Shown here: positions 28,898 to 37,970 of the stretch, piece by piece
Layout of the letters: the number at the start of each line of letters is the position of its first letter
Numbering within the stretch: position 1 is the stretch's first letter
NCBI GenBank assembly: GCA_028821265.1
Contig: JAPPGU010000008.1
Coordinates: forward strand, 36,446 to 100,445
Direction: 5' to 3'
DNA length: 64,000 bases
DNA from: a bacterium
GTDB taxonomy: Bacteria > Actinomycetota > Acidimicrobiia > Spongiisociales > Spongiisociaceae
Translations under genes and position numbers: made by a program
The notes under the pieces: generated by a model
What the model saw: the letters and a program-made list of their open reading frames with translations, nothing else
What the model was told of the DNA's origin: nothing
The model's database searches: none

Positions 28898-30943
28898 ATG
28901 GCGCTGCTGAGAGACCTGCCGCTCGAGGGGTTGTCCCCTTACCTGATCCAGCACCGGGACAACCCGGTCGACTGGCACCCATGGGGAGAGGAGGCCTTCG
29001 AGGCCGCCAAGACCGCGGACCGCCCGATCCTGCTCTCGGTCGGATACTCGACCTGCCATTGGTGCCATGTCATGGAGCGGGAGTCCTTCCACGACCATGC
29101 AACGGCCGATTTCATGAACCGGCATTTCGTATCGGTCAAGGTTGACCGCGAGGAACGACCCGACGTGGACTCTATCTACATGGACGCGGTCCACACCATG
29201 ACCGGCCGGGGCGGCTGGCCCATGACCGTGTTCCTGACGCCCGGCGGCCGCCCGTTCTTCGCCGGGACGTACTTCCCCGATGTGGACCGCCACGGCATGC
29301 CCAGCTTCCGCCGCGTGCTGGAGGCGATCGAGCACGCCTGGCGGAACAGACGGAAAGACGTGCGGGAACAGGCGGACCAGCTGACCGGGGCGATCGGGCT
29401 CACCCTCCCACCCGCCGAGGACCTGCCCGGCCGAGCCCGGGTGAGCGCCGCCTACGAGACCCTCTCCCGGCAGTTCGACTTGCAACACGGCGGCTTCGGC
29501 GGCGCCCCCAAGTTCCCCCAGGCGCCGATCCTGGAGTTCCTGGCCAGGATAAGCGGCCTCGCCACGGCGACCAAGGCCAAGCCGATGCTCACCACCACAC
29601 TGACCCGCATGGCGCGAGGCGGCATCCGCGACCACCTGGGCGGCGGGTTCGCCCGCTACTCCGTGGATCGGATCTGGCTGGTCCCCCACTTCGAGAAGAT
29701 GCTCTACGACAACGCCGATCTGGCCCGCCTGTACGTCCGGGCGTGGCAGATCACCGCCAACCCGTACTACCAGGAGGTGGCGGTCGACACCCTGGGGTAC
29801 ATGTTGCGGGATCTCGCCCATCCCGGGGGCGGCTTCTTCGCGGCGGAGGACGCCGACTCCGAGGGGGTGGAGGGCAAGTTCTACGTGTTCGATCACGAAG
29901 AGTTCCACGAGGTGGTCGGACCGGACGACGGGCCCGTGGCCGCCACCTACTTCGGGGTGTCGAAGGGCGGCAACTTCGAGGGCGACAACATCCTCTACGA
30001 GTCAGCCACCACCTCGGAGGTGGCGGAAAGGTTCGGCACCGGGGTCGAGGAGGTGGAGAGCGCGATCGGGCGGGCCAAGGAGAGGCTCCTGGCCCGCCGG
30101 GGCACCAGGATCCGGCCCGGCCGGGATCACAAGATCATCACCGTGTGGAACGGTTTCGCCCTGCGGGCGCTCGCGGTGGCGGGCGCCGCGCTGGGGACGG
30201 AGGACTACCTGGAGGCGGCCCGGGCGAACGCCCGGTTCGTCCTCGGCGAGATGCGCCGCCGCGACGGGCGCCTGGCGCGGGTCTGGAGCAACGGCCTGGC
30301 GCCGATCCCCGGGTTCCTGGAAGACCACGCGGCGTACTCCCTCGGGCTTCTGGAGCTCTACCAGGCCACCGGCGAGGTCGAGTGGTTCGTGGCCGCCCGG
30401 GAGCTGGTCGACCTGCTGGAGGAGCACTTCGGCGGCCCGACCGGGGTGGTGTTCGCCAGCGCCGCCGACGCCTCCAACCTGGTGGTAAGGCCGTCCGACC
30501 AGCAGGACAACCCGAGCGCCTCCGGCGCATCGCTGGCGGCGGAGTGCTACCTACTGCTCGGTCATCTCACCGGGGACCACAGGTATCACGAGCGCTTCGA
30601 GCAGATCGTCCGGGCGGGGGACCGGCTCCTCGAGGCGGCCCCTTCCGCGGCCGGTCACCTGCTGGCGGCCCTGGCCGCGTCCCAGATGGGCATACGGGAG
30701 GTGGCCGTGACCGGGCCTCGCGCCCTGGAGTGGGCCGGGCGGCTCGCCGGAACCTACCGGCCCGATCTGGTGCTGGCCCCGTCCCCGGGTCCTGCCGATG
30801 AGGTTCCCGTGGTGGCCGGGCGCTACCGGGAGGGCGAGACCCTCGGCTACGTCTGCGAGCGGGGCGCCTGCCGGATGCCGGTCGGATCCTACGCCGAGCT
30901 GGAGGTCCAGGTAGCCGGGAAGGGCTACGATCGACCCTCGTGA
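28898..30943 (+). CDS. Thioredoxin-domain protein, DUF255/YyaL family (N-terminal Trx-like plus six-hairpin glycosidase-like domain)
   Basis: …[23 protein letters not shown]… CxxC Trx-like motif; 681 aa. Confidence 0.8.
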   Translation: MALLRDLPLEGLSPYLIQHRDNPVDWHPWGEEAFEAAKTADRPILLSVGYSTCHWCHVMERESFHDHATADFMNRHFVSVKVDREERPDVDSIYMDAVHTMTGRGGWPMTVFLTPGGRPFFAGTYFPDVDRHGMPSFRRVLEAIEHAWRNRRKDVREQADQLTGAIGLTLPPAEDLPGRARVSAAYETLSRQFDLQHGGFGGAPKFPQAPILEFLARISGLATATKAKPMLTTTLTRMARGGIRDHLGGGFARYSVDRIWLVPHFEKMLYDNADLARLYVRAWQITANPYYQEVAVDTLGYMLRDLAHPGGGFFAAEDADSEGVEGKFYVFDHEEFHEVVGPDDGPVAATYFGVSKGGNFEGDNILYESATTSEVAERFGTGVEEVESAIGRAKERLLARRGTRIRPGRDHKIITVWNGFALRALAVAGAALGTEDYLEAARANARFVLGEMRRRDGRLARVWSNGLAPIPGFLEDHAAYSLGLLELYQATGEVEWFVAARELVDLLEEHFGGPTGVVFASAADASNLVVRPSDQQDNPSASGASLAAECYLLLGHLTGDHRYHERFEQIVRAGDRLLEAAPSAAGHLLAALAASQMGIREVAVTGPRALEWAGRLAGTYRPDLVLAPSPGPADEVPVVAGRYREGETLGYVCERGACRMPVGSYAELEVQVAGKGYDRPS

Positions 30944-31887
30944 TACACGGGAACGCCCTCGACGCCATCGGCTGGACGCCCCTGGTCCGGCTGGCCCGAC
31001 TCCATCCACCCGGGAACCTGGTGGCCAAGCTCGACTACCTGAACCCGGCCGGGTCGGTCAAGGAGCGGATCGCGGTCAACATGATCGACCAGGCCGAGCG
31101 GCAAGGATTGCTGGGTCCGGGAGGGACGATCATCGAGCCCACCTCGGGCAATACGGGGGCCGGCCTGGCCATGGTCGGGGCGGTCCGGGGTTACCGGGTG
31201 ATATGCACGGTCCCCGACAAGGTGGCGACCGAGAAGATCCGCCTGCTCGAGGCCTACGGAGCGGAGGTCATCGTCACCCCCACGAACCTGCTCCCGGAGG
31301 ACGAGGACTCCTACTACGGCGTCGCCCGCCGCCTGACCGAGGAGATCGACGGTGCCTTCAGCCCCGACCAGTACTCCAACCCGTCCAACCCGGAGGCTCA
31401 CTACCTGACGACCGGACCGGAGGTGTGGGAGCAGACCGGAGGGGAGATCGACGTGTTCGTGGCAGGCGTGGGCACCGGCGGGACCATCTCGGGGACGGGA
31501 CGGTACCTGCGGGAGCGCAAGCCGTCGGTGGAGCTGGTGGGGGCCGATCCGGAGGGATCGATATACACCGCGGCCCGCGAGGAGGACATCCACCAGTACC
31601 GGGTGGAGGGCGTCGGGGAGGATTTCTGGCCCGAGACCCTGGACCGGGACATCGTCGACCGCTACATCATGGTGGACGACCAGCAGTCGTTCGACATGGC
31701 CCGGCGGGTGGCCGAGTGCGAGGGATTGTTGATCGGCGGCTCCGGGGGCATGGCGGTGCATGCGGCGCTCAAGGTTGCGGCGGAGGACACCGGCCGCCTG
31801 GTGGTGGTGCTTTTACCCGATTCGGGGCGGGGCTACCTGTCGAAGATCTGGAACGAGGAGTGGCTGGCCAAACACGGCCTCGAATAA
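30940..31887 (+). CDS. PLP-dependent cysteine synthase family protein (CysK/CysM/CBS-like)
   Basis: …[12 protein letters not shown]… (PLP-Lys) …[10 protein letters not shown]…[10 protein letters not shown]… GTG start overlaps the upstream stop (GTGA). Confidence 0.8.
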   Translation: MIHGNALDAIGWTPLVRLARLHPPGNLVAKLDYLNPAGSVKERIAVNMIDQAERQGLLGPGGTIIEPTSGNTGAGLAMVGAVRGYRVICTVPDKVATEKIRLLEAYGAEVIVTPTNLLPEDEDSYYGVARRLTEEIDGAFSPDQYSNPSNPEAHYLTTGPEVWEQTGGEIDVFVAGVGTGGTISGTGRYLRERKPSVELVGADPEGSIYTAAREEDIHQYRVEGVGEDFWPETLDRDIVDRYIMVDDQQSFDMARRVAECEGLLIGGSGGMAVHAALKVAAEDTGRLVVVLLPDSGRGYLSKIWNEEWLAKHGLE

Positions 31888-31920
31888 GCCGCTCGGAGCC
31901 GCCTTCCGAGTCAAGAAAAG

Positions 31921-31950
31921 AGTCCGGGGCCCCGTCAATGGGGCCCCGGA
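31921..31950 (+). terminator. GC-rich hairpin (12-bp perfect stem GTCCGGGGCCCC, 6-nt loop) 34 nt downstream of the cysteine-synthase stop; intrinsic terminator candidate
   Basis: Perfect inverted repeat seen in sequence. Trailing sequence UACGUUCGCUUAUCC is only weakly U-rich. Confidence 0.45.
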
Positions 31951-32160
31951 CTACGTTCGCTTATCCAGAAAGCCTACCCGTACTTCATCGTGAAATCCTT
32001 AGCCTCACTCGATGCCGCATGAGGACCGGCATGCGGACGGGAAAGCCCGGTGGTCCGAGTTGGAGTCGCCACCGGACCGGCGGTCACGCCTGAGGGCGAC
32101 CACCGGAAGCGACCCGTGGCCGCTAGCGCTCGGCCACCTCCAGAGTCCTACTAGAACTGG

Positions 32161-32186
32161 GTAACAAGTCGGATCACCTCCTTTCT
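32161..32186 (+). other. 16S rRNA 3'-terminus-like fragment (…GTAACAAG..GGATCACCTCCTTTCT) in an 835-bp intergenic region
   Basis: Exact 16-nt match to the conserved bacterial 16S rRNA 3' end, including the anti-Shine-Dalgarno CCTCC. Preceded by GTAACAAG, as in the 16S helix-44/45 junction. No further rRNA body detected. Confidence 0.4.
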
Positions 32187-32391
32187 CTGGTACGCGCCAA
32201 TATAGCGGCCCGTTGTGCATGAGAGGTGCATGACGTGCCCGGCGATCGCCGGCGGGACCTTCCCGAGGACCCGGCCCGCAGGCGACGACCGGCCACCATC
32301 AGGCTCACAACGTCACACACGGTGCCGTGAACCTGAGGCTCAGAGCGTCATATATGACGCCCTCTGCCTCAAGAACCGCCTAGCGCCGCAA

Positions 32392-32634
32392 GTCGCGAAA
32401 ATCCGTGCCCCGCACCGGGCCCTCCCCCACCACCACCTGTCCTGTTGGAGCGTGGTCGGCGATGCCCGGCCGGCTGCCGGGTGTCGGCTGTTCGCTCCAT
32501 CGAGCTGTCATGTTCCCTCGGACCGGCCGCTCCGATCGGTACTCACATCATCGGCCGGTGTAGGTGCTTGGCGGTAGGCAACGTATATCAGGGGTGTGAC
32601 GCGTTTAACCCCTTTTCTTCAGAACGCGAAAAAT
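32392..32634 (+). repeat. Copy C of the ~230-bp intergenic repeat family (core 32392-32600 plus 3' GAACGCGAAAAAT direct repeat)
   Basis: Aligned with copies A and B; begins GTCGCGAAAATCC, ends GTGTGAC, then CAGAACGCGAAAAAT 20 nt further on. Confidence 0.6.
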
Positions 32635-32722
32635 ATCCGGCAGGACTCGAGGAAGCCGTGCTGCGCCGGCCCCCGGCGCGCCACCCGGGCGGGCAGCCGG
32701 CGTCCGGGTCGGCGATCCGGGG

Positions 32723-33328
32723 TTAGAGGGCGTCCGACAGGGCGCGCCAGAGGTCGGTCACGGCGGACCCCAAGCCTCCCAGCGCCCAGCGCAGGACCAG
32801 GGCCACGACGGCGATCCCGGCCGCGGCGAAGATCATCCGGAGCCGGTAGGTCATCGTCTCCTCGCTGTCCTCCAGGTAGGAGGGATTGGCGACCGGCGCC
32901 CGCGCCATGGCGCGCCGTCGCCCGAGGGATTGCCTGGCTCTCGAGATCAGTTTCGACCCGGGCGCCTCCGAGAACTCAAGAGGGGCGCTCTCCGGGTGTG
33001 GGAGATCCGGCGGCTCCTCCAGCTCGACGAACTCGATGTCGTACAGGGTGTCCTCGTCCAGATCGGTGTCCGGCTCGGGCGGCGGCAGCAGCATCCTGTG
33101 CTCGTCGACCCGCCGCAAGGCTTCCTCCAGGAGAGGCATCGGCAGCCTCAGCGCGGCGGACACGTCCACCAACTCGTCGGCGTCAGGTACGGCGGAGCCC
33201 TGTTCCCAGCCGACCACCACTTCGATCGGCCGCCCGGTTCGGGTGGCGATGTCCACCACGGAGACGTCCATCTCTTCACGGCGCTTCGCGAACAGGCGGG
33301 CGAACGCCAGCCCTTCGTCCGGCGACAT
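32723..33328 (-). CDS. HTH (XRE-like) domain membrane protein, RodZ-like architecture
   Basis: Start MSPDEGLAFARLFAKRREEMDVSVVDIATRTGRPIEVVVGWE (HTH), acidic linker, C-terminal TM helix. ATG overlaps the stop of the upstream gene by 1 nt. Confidence 0.5.
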   Translation of the reverse strand: MSPDEGLAFARLFAKRREEMDVSVVDIATRTGRPIEVVVGWEQGSAVPDADELVDVSAALRLPMPLLEEALRRVDEHRMLLPPPEPDTDLDEDTLYDIEFVELEEPPDLPHPESAPLEFSEAPGSKLISRARQSLGRRRAMARAPVANPSYLEDSEETMTYRLRMIFAAAGIAVVALVLRWALGGLGSAVTDLWRALSDAL

Positions 33329-33732
33329 CAGTGGGTCAGTATCTCGGGGAGGCTGTCGGGTTCCGGCCCGGCGGTGACCCGCAGCAGACCGAGGTCCTTG
33401 ACGTTCCAGCACAGGGTCATGCCACCCGGCACCAGGAGCCGCAGGATCGACTCACCGTCGGCGCGGCCGGCGTGAACCTCACCGAGCGCCAGCACCTCGG
33501 TCAGGGGGATCGAGGCGGAATAGGCGCCGTCGGCGCTGAGGGCCGTGACGTGGGTGGCGCCCGTCCGGGGCCGGGCCGCCTCGATCAGCGGGCGCATGGC
33601 CACCACCACGCCCGCCGCGCCCTCCTCCGGAGTTCCCATGTCGTGGAGGGTGTCCAGGTCGTAGCCCCGGGGACGGTCGACCAAGCCGGTCACCCGCAGC
33701 AGCGGTAGCTCGTTGGATGTTCCACCAGACAC
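33328..33732 (-). CDS. Small sulfite-oxidase-fold (Oxidored_molyb-like) domain protein, no obvious Mo-ligating Cys
   Basis: …LLRVTGLVDRPRGYDLDTL…AYSASIPLTEVL…ILRLLVPGGMTLCWNVKDLGLLRV… resembles the Moco-domain core of the YedY/sulfite-oxidase family, but only 134 aa. Confidence 0.4.
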   Translation of the reverse strand: MSGGTSNELPLLRVTGLVDRPRGYDLDTLHDMGTPEEGAAGVVVAMRPLIEAARPRTGATHVTALSADGAYSASIPLTEVLALGEVHAGRADGESILRLLVPGGMTLCWNVKDLGLLRVTAGPEPDSLPEILTH

Positions 33733-33787
33733 GGTCCAACGGTAGCGTTAACGGGATGCCAAGCCGCGCCTTGGACCCCGCAGGTCA

Positions 33788-33882
33788 TGGCGGAGGCGGA
33801 CGGGAATCGAACCCGCCGGGGCACTCTCGTACCCCCACTGGTTTTGAAGACCAGGGAGCCCACCAGGCGCTCGTTCGCCTCC
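33788..33882 (-). tRNA. selC: tRNA-Sec (selenocysteine tRNA), anticodon UCA
   Basis: Minus-strand sequence GGAGGCGAACGAGCGCCTGGTGGGCTCCCTGGTCTTCAAAACCAGTGGGGGTACGAGAGTGCCCCGGCGGGTTCGATTCCCGTCCGCCTCCGCCA. 95 nt; anticodon loop CU-UCA-AA; long variable arm (GGGGG…CCCC). T-arm GCGGG-TTCGATT-CCCGT, then an 8-nt acceptor 3' strand, G73 and CCA, giving the 8/5 acceptor/T architecture diagnostic of bacterial tRNA-Sec. -10-like TATCCT 7 nt upstream. Confidence 0.8.
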
Positions 33883-33983
33883 ATCCCGGAGGATACTCCG
33901 CGCCGATGTCGTCGGGCCGGCGTGTCCAGGTCTTCTGCGGACGCGGCTACGCTCATGCGACCGGAACACGAGAACACGAGAAC

Positions 33984-34292
33984 ATGGCTGCCGGCAGAAA
34001 CGACAATCACGATTCGAACGGTTACCGGATCATGCCGGGATGGCGGGTCGGTCACCTGATGGAGCAGTCGACCACCCGGTCCGGCCTGCTGGTTCCGCCG
34101 GGGACCGAATCCACCAGCGACGCTCTGGCACTGGTGGACATCCACACGGGCCGCCGGTTCTGGGCGGTGCCGACCGGGGCCTGGCGCTTCCTGTGGCCGG
34201 AGAACAACCGGCTGGCGGTGGCCGTGAGGAACTCCCAGATCATCGCCGAGGAGCAGGACGACCCGCCGACCGGCAAGGACTCCTATCTGTGA
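33984..34292 (+). CDS. Hypothetical small protein (102 aa)
   Basis: High-GC3 ORF MAAGRNDNHDSNGYRIMPGW… No family recognised. Start chosen to avoid overlapping selC. Confidence 0.3.
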   Translation: MAAGRNDNHDSNGYRIMPGWRVGHLMEQSTTRSGLLVPPGTESTSDALALVDIHTGRRFWAVPTGAWRFLWPENNRLAVAVRNSQIIAEEQDDPPTGKDSYL

Positions 34293-34329
34293 CCCTTCCG
34301 GCCTGCCACACTCCGGGAAGGGAGCGGGC

Positions 34330-35637
34330 ATGACATCCGAAGGCCGCCGGGGACGACGCCTCACCGCCACCGTCACCGACCTGGATGTCGCCCGGCAGAA
34401 GGCCTACCTCATCAGCGTCGACTTCGAAGGGGCCGGCATTGGCGACGTCGATCGGTCACTCGAGGAGCTGGTCCTCCTGACGGATACGGCCGGGTCGACC
34501 CCGGTGGCGACCGCACGGGTCCGGCGCCGCTCACCGCATGCCGCCACGCTGATCGGTCCCGGCCAGGCCGAAGACCTGGCCCGGGACGCCCAGGCCCTGG
34601 ACGTGGACGTGGTGGTGTTCGACAACGACCTGGCACCGGGCCAGCAGCGCAACCTCCAGCAGCTGTTCGAGTGCGACGTGGTCGATCGGGTGGCCGTGAT
34701 CCTGGACATCTTCGCCCAGCACGCCACCAGCCGGGAGGGCATGCTCCAGGTGGAATCGGCGCTCCTCCGCTATCACCTGCCCCGGCTGCGCGGGAAGGGC
34801 ACCGAGCTAAGCCGCCTCGGCGGAGGCATCGGCACGAGAGGGCCCGGCGAGACCAAGCTGGAGACCGACCGCCGCCGGATCCGGCAGCGCATCACCCACG
34901 TGGAGAAGCGCCTCAAGGAGGTCCAGAAGGTCCGGGAGGCCCAGCGCAAGACGCGCAGCGGCTCGGCCATCCCCCTGGTGTCGCTGGTCGGATACACCAA
35001 CGCCGGCAAGTCCACGCTGCTCAACGCCCTCACCGGCGCCGGGGTGCTCACCCAGGACCGCCTGTTCTCCACCCTCGACTCGACCACCCGCCGGCTCGAA
35101 CTCTCCAACGGGCGCCAGGTGCTGCTGTCCGACACGGTGGGGTTCGTCCGCAGGCTGCCCCATCAACTGGTCGAGGCCTTCCGCTCCACCCTCGAGGAAA
35201 CGGTCCAGGCCGACCTGCTGCTCCACGTGGTGGACGTCTCCGAACCCGGCGCGCCCGACCAGATCTCGGCGGTGAGGGGGGTCCTCGACTCGATCGGCGC
35301 CGGCCACATCCCCGAACTCCTGGTGCTCAACAAGGCCGACTCCGCCGACCTGACCAGCCTCTCCCCCGTCGAGCAGCTGTATCCGGACGCGGTGCTCGTC
35401 TCGGCTGCGGAGCCCACCGGCCTCGAGGAGCTGGCGGACCGCATCGCCGGCGTGCTGGCCCGAGGCTTCCTGGAGATCGACCTGGTGATCCCCTATACCG
35501 ACGGAGCCGTCCTGGGCGAACTCCGCCGCGAGGCGGAAGTCCTGACCGAGGACCACGGGGCGGAGGGCACCCTGGTCAGCGTCCGGCTGCCTCCCGATCG
35601 GGCCGGACGCTACCGGCGCTTCGCCGCGGTCGGCTGA
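34330..35637 (+). CDS. hflX: GTPase HflX
   Basis: HflX N-terminal domain plus G domain (GYTNAGKSTLLNALTG, DTVGF, NKAD). Confidence 0.85.
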   Translation: MTSEGRRGRRLTATVTDLDVARQKAYLISVDFEGAGIGDVDRSLEELVLLTDTAGSTPVATARVRRRSPHAATLIGPGQAEDLARDAQALDVDVVVFDNDLAPGQQRNLQQLFECDVVDRVAVILDIFAQHATSREGMLQVESALLRYHLPRLRGKGTELSRLGGGIGTRGPGETKLETDRRRIRQRITHVEKRLKEVQKVREAQRKTRSGSAIPLVSLVGYTNAGKSTLLNALTGAGVLTQDRLFSTLDSTTRRLELSNGRQVLLSDTVGFVRRLPHQLVEAFRSTLEETVQADLLLHVVDVSEPGAPDQISAVRGVLDSIGAGHIPELLVLNKADSADLTSLSPVEQLYPDAVLVSAAEPTGLEELADRIAGVLARGFLEIDLVIPYTDGAVLGELRREAEVLTEDHGAEGTLVSVRLPPDRAGRYRRFAAVG

Positions 35638-36383
35638 GCGACCCGCTGCCCGGCGGCCCACAGCGCCGCACCGACCATGCCGGCATCGTTGCGCAGCGCG
35701 GCGGGAACTACCTCGGCCCGGGAGCGCAGGCGGGGGCCGAACTTCTTGAAGCGCTTCGAGACTCCCCCGCCGATCACCACCAGATCGGGAGAGAGCAGCC
35801 GGTCCAGGTGGGCCAGGTACTCGTTGAGCCGCTCCGTCCACTCGCCGAGCGAGAGCCCCTGGGCCTTGCGCGCTCGGTTGGAGGCACGGCTCTCGATCAC
35901 CTGCCCGCCCAGCTCGAGGTGGCCCAGCTCGGTGTTGGGGACCAGCCGGCCGCCGTTCAGCAGGGCCGAGCCGATGCCGGTTCCGAGCGTGAGCACCAGG
36001 ACCACGCCGGACCGCCCGGCCGCCGCACCGAACCGGGCCTCGGCCAGGCCCGCCGCGTCGGCGTCGTTGATCATCACCACCGTCCTCCCGCAGGCCTCCG
36101 AGAAACGCTCTCCGGCATCGACCCCGATCCAGCTGCCGTCGAGGTTGGCAGCCGAGTAGATCCGGTCAGTGATGACGATGCCCGGGAAGGCGCAGCCGAC
36201 CGGACCGCTCACGCCGGGGAAGGAGCCGGCGATCTCGCGGAGGGTCCGGGACACCGGCTCGACCAGGGCGGGCTGCGGGGTGGGGATGCGGCGCCGGTCC
36301 GCGGTGAGGGCGCCGGACAGGACGTCGACCGGGGCGCCCTTGATGCCGCTCCCGCCGATGTCGATGCCGAGGTGAATGCCCAC
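35610..36383 (-). CDS. ROK-family sugar kinase, polyphosphate glucokinase-like
   Basis: [20 protein letters not shown]… ROK ATP-binding motif; ~257 aa. GTG start proposed (36383); 3' end overlaps the hflX 3' end. Confidence 0.7.
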   Translation of the reverse strand: MGIHLGIDIGGSGIKGAPVDVLSGALTADRRRIPTPQPALVEPVSRTLREIAGSFPGVSGPVGCAFPGIVITDRIYSAANLDGSWIGVDAGERFSEACGRTVVMINDADAAGLAEARFGAAAGRSGVVLVLTLGTGIGSALLNGGRLVPNTELGHLELGGQVIESRASNRARKAQGLSLGEWTERLNEYLAHLDRLLSPDLVVIGGGVSKRFKKFGPRLRSRAEVVPAALRNDAGMVGAALWAAGQRVAQPTAAKRR

Positions 36384-36474
36384 TCCCCTAGCGTACGGCA
36401 ACGCCGAGTGTCGGCCGGATCGGGCGAATGCGGAATACCTCGGTAGATTCGGGCCTGAATGACCGAGGGGACAC

Positions 36475-37899
36475 GTGAGAACCGCTGACATCGGATTGAT
36501 CGGGCTGGCCGTCATGGGCCAGAACCTGGTGCTGAACATGGCCGATCACGGGTACACCGTGGCCGTCTACAACCGGACCACTAGTCGAACAACCGAATTC
36601 GTCAACGGCCCGGCCGCCGGCGCCGCCGTGATCGGGGCCGAGACCCTGGAGGAGTTTGTGGGGCGACTCACGAGGCCCCGCCGGGTGATGGTGATGGTCA
36701 AGGCCGGGCGGGCGGTGGACGCCGTCCTCGAGGGATTGGTCCCGCTGCTGGATGAGGGGGACATCGTCATCGACGGCGGCAACTCCCACTTCGAGGACTC
36801 GGCACGGCGGGTGAGCGATCTCCGGGAACGGGGGCTGTCGTTCGTGGGTGCGGGCGTATCCGGGGGCGAGGAGGGCGCCCGCAACGGCCCGTCCATCATG
36901 CCGGGCGGCTACGAGGCGGCCTGGCCGGAGGTGAAGGGCGTGCTCCAGGCCATCGCCGCCAAGGTGGCGGACGGGACACCGTGCTGCGACTGGGTGGGCC
37001 CGGACGGCTCGGGCCACTACACCAAGATGGTCCACAACGGCATCGAGTACGGCGACATGCAGGTGATCGCCGAGGCTTACCACCTCATGCGGATGGTGCT
37101 GGGCATGACCTGCGAGGAGATGGCCGGGGTCTTCCGGACCTGGGGACGGGGCCTGCTCGACTCCTACCTGGTCAACATCACCGCCGACATCCTCGGCCAC
37201 GTGGACGGCAACGGTGAGCCCACCCTCGAGCGGATCCTCGACGCCGCCGGCCAGAAGGGGACGGGTAAGTGGGCGGTCATATCCTCGCTCGACCTCGGCT
37301 ACCCGTTGACCCTGGTGGCCGAGGCAGTCTACGCCCGGGTGGTGTCCTCCCTGCGAGACCAGCGGTTCGAGGCGGCGGAGCTGGTGGGCTCGGGGGTGAA
37401 GCAGGCCGACGGCCTGGGCGCCGAATTCGTGGACGACATCCACGACGCCCTGTACGCCTCCAAGATCGTTTCCTACGCCCAGGGCTTCATGCTGCTCGGC
37501 GCGGCCGCCTCCGAGTACGGCTGGAACCTCGACTACGGGCGGATCGCCCAGCTCTGGCGGGAGGGTTGCATCATCAAAGCGGCCTTCCTGGACGACATCA
37601 CCGCCGCCTTCCGGAGGAGACCCGACCTGCCCAACCTCATCCTGGACCGCTTCTTCGCCGATGCGCTGGGCAATGCCGAGGCGGGCTGGCGGCGGGTGGT
37701 GGCGACCGCCGTCCGGGTCGGGCTGCCGGTTCCGGCGTACGCATCGGCCCTGGCGTTCTACGACTCCTACCGGTCGAAGCGCCTTCCGGCCAACCTCATC
37801 CAGGCCCAGCGCGACTATTTCGGCGCCCACACCTACGAGCGGGTCGACCGCCCCCGCGGAGAGTTCTTCCACACCGACTGGACCCGCCCCGGCGGTTAG
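36475..37899 (+). CDS. gnd: 6-phosphogluconate dehydrogenase, decarboxylating
   Basis: MRTADIGLIGLAVMGQNLVLNMADHGYTVAVYNRT… full-length Gnd signature. Confidence 0.9.
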   Translation: MRTADIGLIGLAVMGQNLVLNMADHGYTVAVYNRTTSRTTEFVNGPAAGAAVIGAETLEEFVGRLTRPRRVMVMVKAGRAVDAVLEGLVPLLDEGDIVIDGGNSHFEDSARRVSDLRERGLSFVGAGVSGGEEGARNGPSIMPGGYEAAWPEVKGVLQAIAAKVADGTPCCDWVGPDGSGHYTKMVHNGIEYGDMQVIAEAYHLMRMVLGMTCEEMAGVFRTWGRGLLDSYLVNITADILGHVDGNGEPTLERILDAAGQKGTGKWAVISSLDLGYPLTLVAEAVYARVVSSLRDQRFEAAELVGSGVKQADGLGAEFVDDIHDALYASKIVSYAQGFMLLGAAASEYGWNLDYGRIAQLWREGCIIKAAFLDDITAAFRRRPDLPNLILDRFFADALGNAEAGWRRVVATAVRVGLPVPAYASALAFYDSYRSKRLPANLIQAQRDYFGAHTYERVDRPRGEFFHTDWTRPGG

Positions 37900-37970
37900 C
37901 ACGCGATGGAGGCATCCAGGTCCGGTGGCCGGCATCTGCCTCCGGCGCCGGACATGAGAAGGGACCCGGG

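Noticed and set aside
32005-32220. 71-aa minus-strand ORF behind the perfect SD that is the complement of the 16S 3'-end-like sequence
   Set aside because: Trp/Cys/Arg-rich improbable product with poor codon bias. The SD-like sequence is better explained as the complement of a 16S 3'-terminus remnant.
33733-33787. Small hairpin (CCAAG…CTTGG) immediately after the tRNA-Sec 3' end as a terminator
   Set aside because: Only a 5-bp stem with no U-tract; too weak to call.
36384-36539. Longer N-terminal extension of the ROK kinase up to 36539
   Set aside because: It would overlap the divergent gnd start by more than 60 nt, and the ROK ATP-binding motif begins right at the proposed GTG.
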